The notes below the pieces were generated by a model, which searched no databases, had not been told where the DNA came from, and was given only the letters and a program-made list of their open reading frames with translations. A stretch of DNA of 64,000 nucleotides from an uncultured Actinomycetes bacterium (lineage in GTDB: Bacteria; Chloroflexota; Dormibacteria; Aeolococcales; Aeolococcaceae): the NCBI GenBank assembly GCA_964508345.1, contig CAZDTK010000002.1, positions 7,389 to 71,388 of the forward strand, given 5' to 3'. This document shows positions 47,592 through 57,793 of this stretch, piece after piece. Positions within the stretch are counted from its first letter, which is position 1. Each line of letters starts with the position of its first letter. A program made the position numbers and the translations under genes.

Positions 47592-47635
47592 CATGTGTTC
47601 GTGGAACGACGGAATGCTCATGTGCTCAGCGAACG
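47592..47635. promoter_or_regulatory. Direct repeat CATGTG(T/C)TC(G/A)NNGAACG x2 in the akr/korAB divergent promoter
   Basis: Two 17-nt copies at 47592-47608 and 47619-47635. Each contains a palindromic CACATG/CATGTG core. Locally AT-richer region. Confidence 0.35.
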
Positions 47636-47651
47636 AAACCCCGGAGAGCCC

Positions 47652-49505
47652 ATGACCGGTGACGTCGTCAACGACTTCTGTGTCCAGGCCGCGACCGTGA
47701 ACGGGTCCGGCTCACAGTCCTCCAACCTGGTCATCACCAAGGCGCTCTTCCACATGGGCATCCCGGTGGCGGCCAAGAACGTCTTTCCCTCGAACATCGA
47801 GGGACAGCCGACCTGGTACGACATCCGGGTCAGCCCGCAGGGCTACCAGGCGCGCAAGCGGACCGTCGACATCCTGATCGCACTCAACCCGGCCACCTGG
47901 GAGCAGGATGCGGCCAACGTCGTTCCCGGCGGCGCCGTGATCCATGAGGCGACCTTCCCCAAGGTAGGGCTGGCGGCACGCGAGGACGTGTCCTGGTACC
48001 CGGTGCCATTCGCCCGCCTGGCCCGGGAGCGGCTGGACGCCAAGCCCGATCTGCGCAAGTACCTCCAGAACATGATCTACGTGGGTGTGCTGGCCGAGCT
48101 GATCGGGCTCGACCCGGCAGCGGTCGAGCGGGGCGTGCGCGATCAGTTCAGGACCAAGCCGAAGGCTGCCGACCTCAACCTCCTGGCCATCCAGATCGGC
48201 GTGGAGTACACCCGCGAGAACCTGGTCAAGAGCGACCCCTTCCGGGTGACACCGATGGACGCCACGCGGGGGACCGTGCTCCTGGACGGCAACCGGGCCG
48301 CCGCCCTGGGCGGGATCATGGCCGGGTGCACGGTGCTCGCCTGGTATCCGATCACCCCGTCATCCTCACTGTGCGAGGCGTTCATCGACTACGCCGCGCG
48401 CTTCCGCGCCGACCCCGACAGCGGTGAGAAGCGCTACGTCGCAGTGCAGGCCGAGGATGAGCTGGCCGCCATCGGGATAGCCCTGGGCGCCGGGTGGGCC
48501 GGTGCCCGGGCCATGACCGCGACCTCGGGACCGGGCATCTCGCTGATGGCCGAGCTCACCGGCCTCGGCTACTACGCGGAGATCCCCGCGGTCATCTTCG
48601 ACATCCAGCGGGTCGGACCCTCGACCGGGCTGCCCACCCGCACGATGCAGGGTGACCTCGGCTTCGTCCACACGCTCTCACACGGCGACACGGCCCACCC
48701 GGTGCTGCTGCCGGGCACGGTCGTCGAGGTGTTCGAGGACGCGCAGCGGGCCTTCGACGTCGCCGAACGTCTGCAGACCCCGGTCTTTGTCCTCAGTGAC
48801 CTCGACCTCGGCATGAACACCTGGATGACCCCGCCGCTGCCCTACACGGAGGGGGGCGTCGACCGTGGCAAGGTACTCGACGCCGAGGGGCTGAAGAAGG
48901 TCGCAGACTGGGCGCGCTACCGCGACGTGGACGGGGACGGAATCCCCTACCGCACCCTGCCCGGCACCCCCGACCCCCGCGCCGCCTACTTCACGCGGGG
49001 CTCGGGTCACGACGAGCACGCGCTCTACACCGAGAGCCCTGACGTCTACCAGGCCAACATGGACCGGCTCCGCCGCAAGATCGAGGGAGTGCGGACGCTG
49101 ATGCCGGCGCCGCTCGTCGAGGAGACGGGCAACCCGGTCGCGATCCTCGCCTATGGCACCACTCACCACGCCGTGGTCGAGGCCCGCCACCTGCTGGCCG
49201 CCCACGGCCTCGACGTGGACTACATCCGCGTCCGCGCCCTGCCCCTGCACCCGGCGGTCGCCGCGTTCATCGGACGTCACGAGCGCGTCTACGTGGCCGA
49301 GCAGAACCGGGACGGCCAGATGGAGGCGATCCTCCGCCAGGAGCTGTCCGGGGAGCTGGCCGACCGGCTGCGCGGGGTCCGCCACTTCAACGGCGTCCCC
49401 ATCGACGCCGAGGCCATCAGCGAACCGATGCTCGCCGGCGAGCGGGCGGGGCAGGAGAGCGCCGAGCCCCATCCCGTCGAGAACGGCCGCGTCCCGGTGG
49501 CCTGA
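47652..49505 (+). CDS. korA: 2-oxoglutarate:ferredoxin oxidoreductase alpha subunit (KorA)
   Basis: 617 aa. POR_N and POR domains. Matches the actinobacterial KorA architecture (Mtb Rv2455c-like). Confidence 0.85.
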   Translation: MTGDVVNDFCVQAATVNGSGSQSSNLVITKALFHMGIPVAAKNVFPSNIEGQPTWYDIRVSPQGYQARKRTVDILIALNPATWEQDAANVVPGGAVIHEATFPKVGLAAREDVSWYPVPFARLARERLDAKPDLRKYLQNMIYVGVLAELIGLDPAAVERGVRDQFRTKPKAADLNLLAIQIGVEYTRENLVKSDPFRVTPMDATRGTVLLDGNRAAALGGIMAGCTVLAWYPITPSSSLCEAFIDYAARFRADPDSGEKRYVAVQAEDELAAIGIALGAGWAGARAMTATSGPGISLMAELTGLGYYAEIPAVIFDIQRVGPSTGLPTRTMQGDLGFVHTLSHGDTAHPVLLPGTVVEVFEDAQRAFDVAERLQTPVFVLSDLDLGMNTWMTPPLPYTEGGVDRGKVLDAEGLKKVADWARYRDVDGDGIPYRTLPGTPDPRAAYFTRGSGHDEHALYTESPDVYQANMDRLRRKIEGVRTLMPAPLVEETGNPVAILAYGTTHHAVVEARHLLAAHGLDVDYIRVRALPLHPAVAAFIGRHERVYVAEQNRDGQMEAILRQELSGELADRLRGVRHFNGVPIDAEAISEPMLAGERAGQESAEPHPVENGRVPVA

Positions 49506-49518
49506 GGGAGACTGAGCA

Positions 49519-50550
49519 ATGTCCGTCGCCATCGAGAAGCTGAACCGTCTGGGGCTGAGCCGCGACGACTACAAGGGCGCCCACACCACGCTCTGCGCCG
49601 GCTGCGGCCACAACTCCATCACCAACCACATCATCAAGGCGCTCTACGACAGTGGCGTCGAACCCCACCTGCTCACCAAGATGAGCGGGATCGGCTGCTC
49701 CTCGAAAGCCGCCGCCTACTTCGTCGATCACGCCCATGGTTTCAACGGCGCGCACGGCCGGATGCCGTCGCTCGCCACCGGAGCCAAGCTCGCCAACCGC
49801 GATCTCGTGGTCTTCGGCATCAGTGGCGACGGTGATACCGCATCCATCGGTCTCGGCCAGTACTGCCACATGATCCGGCGCAACCTCGACATGACCTACA
49901 TCATCGAGGACAACGGCGTCTACGGTCTCACCAAGGGCCAGTTCTCGGCGACCGCCGACCTGGGGTCCCGGCCCAAGCGGGGACCTGCCAACCGCTACGA
50001 GCAGATCGACGTCTGCGCCCTGGGCATCGAGCTGGGCGCGAGCTTCGTGGCGCGCAGCTTCAGTGGCGACGGCAAGCAGCTCGTCCCGCTCATCCAGGCC
50101 GGCCTCGCCCATCGCGGAACGGCGGTGCTCGACGTGATCAGCCCCTGCGTCACCTTCAACGACCACGAGGGCAGCACCAAGAGCTACGCCTACGTCAAGG
50201 ACCACGACGCCCCGGTCAACACTCCCGACTACATCGCCCCTCTGGAGGAGATCACGGTCGACTACGAGCCGGGGACGGCCCAGGACGTGGAGCTGCACGA
50301 CGGATCTCACATCATCCTGCGCAAGATCAGCCCGGACCACGATGCCCGGGATCCCATCGCGGCCATGCGCCTGCTCTTCGAGGCCCGGCACTCCGGCGAG
50401 ATCGTCACCGGCCTCCTCTACGTCAATCCCGACGCTGACGACCTCTGCACCCGCGAGGGGCTGCCCTCCCGCCCGCTGGCGGCGCTCCGGATCGAGGATC
50501 TGCGGCCCTCCCGCGAGCAGTGGGATGCGCTGATGGCGGGGCTGGCGTAG
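49519..50550 (+). CDS. korB: 2-oxoglutarate:ferredoxin oxidoreductase beta subunit (KorB, TPP-binding)
   Basis: 343 aa. TPP-binding GDG...N motif region (GISGDGDTASIG). Confidence 0.85.
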   Translation: MSVAIEKLNRLGLSRDDYKGAHTTLCAGCGHNSITNHIIKALYDSGVEPHLLTKMSGIGCSSKAAAYFVDHAHGFNGAHGRMPSLATGAKLANRDLVVFGISGDGDTASIGLGQYCHMIRRNLDMTYIIEDNGVYGLTKGQFSATADLGSRPKRGPANRYEQIDVCALGIELGASFVARSFSGDGKQLVPLIQAGLAHRGTAVLDVISPCVTFNDHEGSTKSYAYVKDHDAPVNTPDYIAPLEEITVDYEPGTAQDVELHDGSHIILRKISPDHDARDPIAAMRLLFEARHSGEIVTGLLYVNPDADDLCTREGLPSRPLAALRIEDLRPSREQWDALMAGLA

Positions 50551-50710
50551 GGATCTCCCCCGGCGCGGGCGGGTTCGGCAGGCCCCCTTCAGGAGGCCAT
50601 GGACGCTGCGGCGACGCTGTGGAATGCCGCCGCCGGCGCCCATGTTCGCGGCACCACGGGTATCCTCGGAGAGGTGCACAGCGGACAGCGACAGGCGTGC
50701 AGGGCCGGCG

Positions 50711-51220
50711 ATGCTCAGTAGGGACACGCGCACGGCCACCTGGTGGAGATCGGTGGACAAGCCCCCCGCCGCCGGCTGGCAGGCGCCGGCCGCCCCGCCG
50801 CGGAAGCGCGAGAGGCGGCGCCGGGCCGGCCTGCAGCCGCTGGTGGCCGCAGGCGCAGCTCCGGTCACCGGCGCGCTCGCCAAACCTCGTCGCGACCCGG
50901 TGCGGGTCGCCTGGGGGCTGCTCTGGCGCTATGCGACCGTGGGCGCGGTGGCGTTCGCCGTCGTCGCCGGCCTCCACCTCCCCGACGTTTCGCTGGTGGT
51001 CGTCGGGGCGGGCGGGCTCCTCCTCGGCCTCTGGTTCCGGCGCGGCTGGGTCCCCGCCCTCTGGCGGGCCGCCGTGCTCGGCTGGCTGGCCGCCGCGACG
51101 GCGGGGTCGTGGTTCTTCCCGGTGGTCCTGGTCGCCGCGCTCCTGGTGGTGAGCATCGAGCCCTGGCTCGCAGCCCGGCGCCCGCCGCGGTCCCGCGACC
51201 ACGGCTCAGGCGGGGGCTGA
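50711..51220 (+). CDS. Hypothetical membrane protein
   Basis: Several TM helices and a Trp-rich segment. No recognisable family. Start uncertain (50624 or 50711). Confidence 0.35.
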   Translation: MLSRDTRTATWWRSVDKPPAAGWQAPAAPPRKRERRRRAGLQPLVAAGAAPVTGALAKPRRDPVRVAWGLLWRYATVGAVAFAVVAGLHLPDVSLVVVGAGGLLLGLWFRRGWVPALWRAAVLGWLAAATAGSWFFPVVLVAALLVVSIEPWLAARRPPRSRDHGSGGG

Positions 51221-52696
51221 GCCCCTCCGCCGGCCGGCGCCGAGGGCGCCCGCGGCATCGCGAACCCAGGCCAGGACCAGGCTGGGGGCCCCGCGCAGCG
51301 TCTGCTCGACCGCGGGCAGCACCCGGGTGCCCCGGATGCGGGTGACCACCAGGAGCTGGAGGATGAAGCCGGCGACGGTCACCCACATGTACACGGGTGC
51401 CAGCAGGTCGAAGAGGGGGGCGGCGTGCGACGCCGTGGTGATCCCCGGGTCGAAGAGGTACTCGGCGAACTCGGCGGGCCCGGCCAGCAGCACCCACCCC
51501 AGCGCCCCGGCGAGCGCCGCCCGGCGCACGAAGCGGTCGGTCACGCCCTCCTCCCGCACCCAGCAGAAGAGGCCGATCAGGGGGACGAGCAGGAAGAGGA
51601 AGTAGGGGCGCTCGGTGATCGGGCTCACCAGCATGATGGCCTCGACCGCGAGGCCGACCTCGAGGAGCGAGAGGCTGTCGCGGCGGAGCGGGCGGGCCGA
51701 GGAGACCGCGACGGTCAGCCCGAGGACGACCACCACCACCACGATCCAGAGGAGCGTCACCGCCCCGGGTGCGACGGTGAGCGGCCGCCCCGCCGGGTTG
51801 ATGGTGAAGAGGCGGGCGAGCACCCCCTTGGGGGACTCGTTGTGGATGAAGGCGACGTACTGATTGGCCCAGAAGCCCCAGGCGGTCCAGAAGTCGGACC
51901 ACGCCCGCTGGCCGAAGAGGAGGAAGGGCGCCAGGCCGAGCACGAGCGCGGATCCCACCGTGGTCAGTGCGAATCGGAAGTCGCGCCGCCAGAGCAGCAG
52001 AGCGGCGAGCAGGAGCAGCTCGGGCTTGATCGCGCAGGCGGCGCCGAGGAGGACCCCCGCCAGGCCGGCGCGGGCCGCCGAGCGGGCCCAGAGCGCGGTG
52101 CAGAGCAGGGCCATCAGCAGCACGTCGGTCTGGCCCAGGTCCCATTCCCGGTGGACGGGCAGGGTGACGGCCGCGGCGGCGGCCAGAAGGAGCGTCATCC
52201 CCCATCCGGGACGCAGCCCGGTGCAGCAGAGCGCCGCGTACACGGCGACCACGAGGAACACGACGTTGAGCACATCCCAGGTGGTGAGCGCGCCATAGGG
52301 GGAGAGGAATGTCAGCGGCACCATCAGCAGGGCGAAGAAGGGGGCGTAGACGAACGCCACCGTCGTCCAGTAGGTGCCATTGCCCGCCGGGATGTAGGCG
52401 TGGATGAAGTTGATCGCCGGGATGTAGGGGTCGGTGCCCGACCGGATGTCGAGGCCCGCCTGGTAGAAGCTGCGGAAGTCGATGGTTCCGAAGCGGGAGG
52501 AGCCGTAGCGCATGTTGTAGGCGGCGGCCACGGCCAGCACCGCGATGCCGATCGGCACGGCGAAACGCCGGAATGGCGCGACCATCGCGGGCAGGCGGGG
52601 GTCCACCGTGGCCAGGTCGAATCGGGGACGCTCCGCCCCGGGGACGGCCTCAGCTCCGGCCGTGTCCGCCGGTACGGCCTCGCCCTCGCTGCTCAC
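51206..52696 (-). CDS. GT-C membrane glycosyltransferase of the DUF2029/GT87 type (PimE/alpha-1,2-mannosyltransferase-like)
   Basis: 496 aa polytopic protein. Conserved AIKPELLLL-type motif and loop pattern of DUF2029 mannosyltransferases. Confidence 0.65.
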   Translation of the reverse strand: MSSEGEAVPADTAGAEAVPGAERPRFDLATVDPRLPAMVAPFRRFAVPIGIAVLAVAAAYNMRYGSSRFGTIDFRSFYQAGLDIRSGTDPYIPAINFIHAYIPAGNGTYWTTVAFVYAPFFALLMVPLTFLSPYGALTTWDVLNVVFLVVAVYAALCCTGLRPGWGMTLLLAAAAAVTLPVHREWDLGQTDVLLMALLCTALWARSAARAGLAGVLLGAACAIKPELLLLAALLLWRRDFRFALTTVGSALVLGLAPFLLFGQRAWSDFWTAWGFWANQYVAFIHNESPKGVLARLFTINPAGRPLTVAPGAVTLLWIVVVVVVLGLTVAVSSARPLRRDSLSLLEVGLAVEAIMLVSPITERPYFLFLLVPLIGLFCWVREEGVTDRFVRRAALAGALGWVLLAGPAEFAEYLFDPGITTASHAAPLFDLLAPVYMWVTVAGFILQLLVVTRIRGTRVLPAVEQTLRGAPSLVLAWVRDAAGALGAGRRRGSAPA

Positions 52697-52776
52697 CGGG
52701 CGGATGATGGCACGCCGGGCAGGTCAGGCATGGGCCGATCGCGGGTGATCGAGACGGCGCCCGGGGACCGCGCCGC

Positions 52777-54489
52777 CTAGCCGAGGCCGGTCGCCCCGAC
52801 CACCGCGGCGACCAGATCGTCGCGCACCCAGAGGATCTCGGAGCCGGACTGCTCCACCGCCTGGTAGCCGGATGCGAGCACGGGGTTGATGTCCGGGTAC
52901 GCCTGGCGGGCCGAACCCTCGGTGATGATCAGCTGGGGCTGGAGCTCGCCGACCTTCTGGGCCACCTGCCCGTCGAAGCCGAGCAGCACCTCGTCGTTGT
53001 AGATCGGAGGCGTCGGCAGCACCAGCTGGAGCTGGTTGTCGTCGTAGAGCCAGGCGTCCGACGACCAGACGACCGCCGAGCTGCCGTCGAGGCTGTGGGT
53101 GCTGATCCAGGCGGAGATCTGGCTGTCCTCGGGGAAGCGATAGTCGAACTGGTCCTGGTAGGCGGCCAGCGACTGGCCGCGCATCAGCGTGGTGACGGCG
53201 CCGCCGTAGTAGAAGCCGAGACTGTGGCCGTACTGGGCGTAGATCGGGGGCCAGTCCATGCCGACCACCGAGGCGCCCACCGCGGTGGCGGCCGTCGCGG
53301 CGATGAGCCCAGCCCCGGCCAGGCGGCGCGAGAGCGTGGCGCCCGCCGGCCAGCGAAGGCGCAGGCTGCTGACCGCCAGGGCAGCGGGCGCGATGGAGGG
53401 CACGAGGTAGTGGGGGTACTCCTGGCGGGCGAGGGCCGGGATCATGAGAGCCGCCGCCGCCCAGACCCAGAACGCCCAGATCGGGCTGCGGTCGCGGCGA
53501 TGGAACCAGGCCGCGATCAGGATGACGGCGAGCACCGTGGCGCCGACCGCCAAGCGGAGCAGGAGCCCGCCCTGGGTGGTGGTCTGACCGGGGGCGGTCT
53601 GAGCCCCCGAGGCGTACTGCAGCCAGAAGCCGACCAGGGCGTAGCCGACCCTGCCGGCGCCGGCCGTGATCATGGCGGGCACCAGCCACACGGCGGTGGC
53701 GCCGGCCACGGTCGCCGCGTACACGGCGACCCGCCGCCAGCTCGCCCGCCCCGCCAGCGCCAGGATCAGGCCGAAGGCGCAGGTCTCGGCGAGGGCGGTC
53801 TGCTGGTAGGCGACCGCCACCGCCGCCAGCAGCCCCACCGCGGCCGGCCAGAGCGGCCAGCGGCGGGAGTCGGGGGCGGCGACCCGGGTGATCAGGAGGG
53901 CCCCCGCCCAGGTGAGCGGGGCGATGAGCAGGCCCTCGGGGAGGAGCAGCTCGGCGTCGAAGATCGGCAGCCCGAGCAGGATCGCGGTGAGCAGCAGGGC
54001 GGCCACGGTCCGGCGCCGCCCCAGCAGCCGGCTGCCGGCATAGGCGACCGCCAGCAGGGTCGTGAAGCCGGCGAGGAGCGGGAGGACGTGGAGGGCGGCC
54101 TCGCTGGTCCCCAGCGTCTGGATCACGAGCGCCACCGTCCAGATGTGGAGGGGCGGCTTGTTGGTCCAGATCTGGGAGTAGAGGACCTGGCCCCGGAGCA
54201 ATGACCGCGCGGTGGCAACATAGCCGGCCTCGTCGGTGTACCAGTGCGGCTCCAGGAACGCCGGGACACGGAGCAGGGCGAAGAGGGCGAGCGGTCCGCC
54301 CAGCCAGAGGCCCCGGCGGAGGCGGTAGACGCGAGCGGAGGACGCCGCCCCGCCGGGCAGCCCCCCCACCGCCGCCGCCATCCGCATCCTCCTCACCGGG
54401 GCCGCTGCGGCCTCGCGCACCCCGGGTCCGCCGGGTGAAAGCCCCAATCTAGCGTCGCGTAGCTTCCCCCGGCAACCTTGCGCGGGCAT
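52777..54489 (-). CDS. GT-C membrane glycosyltransferase (PMT_2 / ArnT-like, GT39/GT83 family)
   Basis: About 11 TM helices plus a C-terminal periplasmic domain. N-terminal loop with the HWYTDEAGY (DE-containing) motif. Start uncertain. Confidence 0.55.
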   Translation of the reverse strand: MPAQGCRGKLRDARLGLSPGGPGVREAAAAPVRRMRMAAAVGGLPGGAASSARVYRLRRGLWLGGPLALFALLRVPAFLEPHWYTDEAGYVATARSLLRGQVLYSQIWTNKPPLHIWTVALVIQTLGTSEAALHVLPLLAGFTTLLAVAYAGSRLLGRRRTVAALLLTAILLGLPIFDAELLLPEGLLIAPLTWAGALLITRVAAPDSRRWPLWPAAVGLLAAVAVAYQQTALAETCAFGLILALAGRASWRRVAVYAATVAGATAVWLVPAMITAGAGRVGYALVGFWLQYASGAQTAPGQTTTQGGLLLRLAVGATVLAVILIAAWFHRRDRSPIWAFWVWAAAALMIPALARQEYPHYLVPSIAPAALAVSSLRLRWPAGATLSRRLAGAGLIAATAATAVGASVVGMDWPPIYAQYGHSLGFYYGGAVTTLMRGQSLAAYQDQFDYRFPEDSQISAWISTHSLDGSSAVVWSSDAWLYDDNQLQLVLPTPPIYNDEVLLGFDGQVAQKVGELQPQLIITEGSARQAYPDINPVLASGYQAVEQSGSEILWVRDDLVAAVVGATGLG

Positions 54490-54504
54490 TAACCGGCCGC
54501 CGAT

Positions 54505-56040
54505 GTGTCATCGTCCCACCCCGTGGTCGTCGCGCCGGAGATCGATCCGCCCCCCGCCACCCCTCGGAAGGTCCCCTGGCCGCCCCGCTTCACCCTCGGC
54601 GGGGTGGTGCTGGGCGCGGCCCTCACGGTGATCCTGGTCGTCCTCTGCCGCCGGGTCGGCGACCCCGACTTCTGGTGGCACATAGAGACGGGGAGCTGGA
54701 TCATCAACCACGGCGCCCTTCCCAGCCACGAGCTGTTCACCTACACGGCCTCCAACCGGGCCTGGGCCGACCAGGAGTGGGGCAGCGAGGTGCTCGGTGA
54801 CCTGATCTTCCGGGCCGGCGGCTTCCTGGCCTTCAGCCTCGCCTACACGGCGGTCACCTGGATCGGCTTCTGGTTCATCTGGCGCCGCATCGCCATCGAG
54901 CGGGTGCCCGCCCTGATCGCCGGTGCATGCCTGGTCCTGGCCGCGGCGGCCGGGGTCGAGGTCTGGGGCCCGCGCTCGCAGATGATCAGCTTCGCGTTCA
55001 CCTGCCTCACCCTCTACTGGGTCGAGACCTACCTCCGGGACCGCAGCCGCGCCGTCTACCTCATGCCGCTCGTCATGGTGGTGTGGGCGAATCTCCACGG
55101 CGGCTTCGTCTACGGGCTCGCCGTGCTCGGGCTCGCCGCGTTCGCTGAGACCGTGCTCTGGGTCACCTCACCCGAGGACCCGGCTCACCGACGCCGCTCG
55201 CTCCGCCTCTGGGCGGTGCTCGTCGCCTCCGGGATCGCGGGGCTGATCAACCCGCTCACCATCCGCGCCTACCTGGCCGCCATCGAGACCCAGACCAGCG
55301 GCGTCCAGCAGAGCTTCATCGCCGAGTGGCACTCCCCGAGCTTCCACTCGCTGGGCGAGCTCTTCCTTGAGCTCATGCTCCTGGCGGTCGTCTTCGCGAT
55401 GGCCTGGCGGCGGCCCCGGCTCTGGGATGCGCTGCTCACCGTGGTCGGCATCTATGCCGCGCTCTCGGCGGTGCGCAACGCCCCCCTGGCCGCCGCGGCG
55501 CTCACGCCCATGCTGGCCTGGGCTTTCGCGGGCTTCTGGGAGCGGCACCAATGGCAGGAGCGGGTCAGCGCGTGGATCCAGCGCCGGCGCTCCGACCTCA
55601 TGGTCCTGGCGACGCTGGGCGCGTTCCTGGTCGCGGTGGGGACGGCCGGCTTCGCCGCCAACACCCTGAGCAGCCAGACCGCGAGCACCGATGCCAACTT
55701 CCCGGTGGGGGCCGCCAACTGGCTGGCGTCGCATCCGACCGTGGGGACGCGGATGTTCAACGCCTACGACTGGGGCGGCTACCTCATCTACCGCTTCTAT
55801 CCGGACCCCAGTCGCGCCGTCTTCATCTACGGAGAGGCGACCGAGCTGGGCAACCAGCTGCTCCAAGACGTCAGCGACGTCGAGAACTCCGAAACCGACT
55901 GGCAGCACATCCTCGACGAGTACGGCGTCAACTACGTCGTCGAGCGCACCGACTCCGCGCTCAGCATGGCGCTCTCCGTCGACCCCCAGTGGAAGCAGGT
56001 CTACCGGGACTCGTTCGCGGTGATCTTCGTCAAGCAGTAG
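54505..56040 (+). CDS. Polytopic membrane protein, probable GT-C-fold glycosyl/arabinosyl-type transferase
   Basis: 511 aa. First periplasmic loop carries DPDFWWH. Long C-terminal soluble domain. No definitive family assignment. Confidence 0.45.
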   Translation: MSSSHPVVVAPEIDPPPATPRKVPWPPRFTLGGVVLGAALTVILVVLCRRVGDPDFWWHIETGSWIINHGALPSHELFTYTASNRAWADQEWGSEVLGDLIFRAGGFLAFSLAYTAVTWIGFWFIWRRIAIERVPALIAGACLVLAAAAGVEVWGPRSQMISFAFTCLTLYWVETYLRDRSRAVYLMPLVMVVWANLHGGFVYGLAVLGLAAFAETVLWVTSPEDPAHRRRSLRLWAVLVASGIAGLINPLTIRAYLAAIETQTSGVQQSFIAEWHSPSFHSLGELFLELMLLAVVFAMAWRRPRLWDALLTVVGIYAALSAVRNAPLAAAALTPMLAWAFAGFWERHQWQERVSAWIQRRRSDLMVLATLGAFLVAVGTAGFAANTLSSQTASTDANFPVGAANWLASHPTVGTRMFNAYDWGGYLIYRFYPDPSRAVFIYGEATELGNQLLQDVSDVENSETDWQHILDEYGVNYVVERTDSALSMALSVDPQWKQVYRDSFAVIFVKQ

Positions 56041-57793
56041 GCGCCGCGGGGGGCGTCGCCGGCGCCGCCTCGGGGCGGGCCTCGGGCGGCACGCCCCTCC
56101 CCTCCTCCTCGCGCCGGCGCTTCTCCCGGCGGCTGAAGTAGAGGCGCAGGGCGGCGGTGCCGCCGCCGAAGAGCACGAAGAGCAGCACCGCGGTGACCAC
56201 CGGCGCGCCGCCCGGATGGGCGGCGGTGGACTGGGGGCGCAGCTCGACCTCGATGAGGCCGAAGACGGCGACCGCGAAGGTCGCCGCCCAGGCCGCCCGG
56301 CTCCACTGCAACAGGGTGCCGCCGGGGAGGAACGCGAGCGGCATCAGCGAGATCACCTGGCCGACCAGGCCACCGACGAAGACGGCCGCCAGGAGGTCGG
56401 CGAGCAGGACGATGCCGAAGGGGGCGCCGGGCACCCGGGCGGACTGCCCGACCGGAATCCAGATCAGCCAGGCGGCGACCGCCACCAGGAGGCCGGCGAT
56501 GGCCCCGAGCGCGACGGTGTGACCCTGCTCTCGCTTGGCGAGCGTCCCCTGGAAGGCCAGCCCGGCGATCACCCCGTAGAGGTAGCCCGGCGCGAAGGAG
56601 CTGAGCCGGGAGACCAGCACGCACGCGGCCGCGACGGCGAGGCCGGCGGGGAGGGCATGGAGGCGCGGCTCGACATGCTGGTGGCGCAGCCGCCGGTAGA
56701 CGGCGCCCACCATCCCGCCGACGAGGACGCCGGCGAGGATGGCCAGCACCACCGCCAGGTAGGTGGCGGCGGAGCGAAGGTTGAGGCCGAAGTCGGGATC
56801 GTTGAGGCTGCCGAGGAGCGCCCCCACCAGGACCACGGCGGCGAAGGCGCCGAAGCGCAGCAGCCCCCCCGCCTCGCGCTCTGCCTCGCGGCGGAAGCGT
56901 CGCAGCCAGCGCAGACGGCGCAGCGTCATGTCGCGGATGTCGTCGTAGTTGTCCTCGAAGGTGCGGTTGAAGAGCTGGGCCGGGAAGGTGATGAAGAGGA
57001 TCACCCCCAGGGTGATGGCGGCCCCGATCAGGGTGTGGAGAGGGGACCCGAAGGCCTGGGCGGGGGTGGCGAGGCCCGAGGAGAACGACGACACGTCGGG
57101 GTTGCCGGGTGCGGCCGTGACCGCCGGTGCGGCGCAGGCCAGGTTGGTCGAGGCCGGGAAGCTGGCACCCACCGGCACCGCGAGCAGGGTGAGGTTCTCC
57201 GCGCCCGTGTTGACGCCGACACTGCCGTCACACGCCCAACCGTCGGGCAGCGACTCCGTTCCCGCCACCACGATGGCGTGCCAGTCCCCGGCCGAACCCT
57301 CGGTCGCCTCCAGCACGGTCAGAGTGAGGGTGTCACGACCCAGGTTCGGCGGAGGATGGCACGACGGCAGGTCGGGCCCGCCATAGCCGCCCGAGACGGT
57401 GGTGCCGGAGAAGGAGCTCCCAGCGTGCACCATCACGGTCGAGGTGTCCCAGTACCAGTCCACGGTGTTGTCGACGAGTTGGAAGGATGCACCCGGCGAC
57501 GGGGATGTCATCGCCGCGGTGCAAACGCCGGCCGCGCTGCACGTCGAGGAGAGCAGCACCGTCTCGAGCGCGGTGGTGCCGACCGGGACGCTGCTCCGGA
57601 ATGTGTAGCCTGCGGTGACGGTCGAGGGCGCGACCGTGATCCGCAAGTGCCACTCACCGCTCAGAGTGGCGGCCTGGACGTCGCCGCAGTCGGCCAGGGC
57701 GGTCACCGCAGTCGCCAGCGCGACCGCGCCGAGGGCGGCGGCGGCGATCGGCACGCGCAGGCGATGGACCAGGGATCTCGGCGGGCTCTTCAC
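56030..57793 (-). CDS. Hypothetical protein: secreted N-terminal domain + C-terminal polytopic membrane domain
   Basis: 587 aa. Signal peptide. Cys-containing Ser/Thr-rich extracellular half. About 6-8 TM helices in the C-terminal half. Confidence 0.45.
   Translation of the reverse strand: MKSPPRSLVHRLRVPIAAAALGAVALATAVTALADCGDVQAATLSGEWHLRITVAPSTVTAGYTFRSSVPVGTTALETVLLSSTCSAAGVCTAAMTSPSPGASFQLVDNTVDWYWDTSTVMVHAGSSFSGTTVSGGYGGPDLPSCHPPPNLGRDTLTLTVLEATEGSAGDWHAIVVAGTESLPDGWACDGSVGVNTGAENLTLLAVPVGASFPASTNLACAAPAVTAAPGNPDVSSFSSGLATPAQAFGSPLHTLIGAAITLGVILFITFPAQLFNRTFEDNYDDIRDMTLRRLRWLRRFRREAEREAGGLLRFGAFAAVVLVGALLGSLNDPDFGLNLRSAATYLAVVLAILAGVLVGGMVGAVYRRLRHQHVEPRLHALPAGLAVAAACVLVSRLSSFAPGYLYGVIAGLAFQGTLAKREQGHTVALGAIAGLLVAVAAWLIWIPVGQSARVPGAPFGIVLLADLLAAVFVGGLVGQVISLMPLAFLPGGTLLQWSRAAWAATFAVAVFGLIEVELRPQSTAAHPGGAPVVTAVLLFVLFGGGTAALRLYFSRREKRRREEEGRGVPPEARPEAAPATPPAAPTA

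Noticed and set aside
50865-52205. 446-aa minus-strand ORF in an alternative frame, and 53095..54204 + strand
   Set aside because: They overlap the GT87-like and PMT_2-like membrane protein genes, which have coherent TM topology. These ORFs are Arg/Pro/Gly-rich artefacts.
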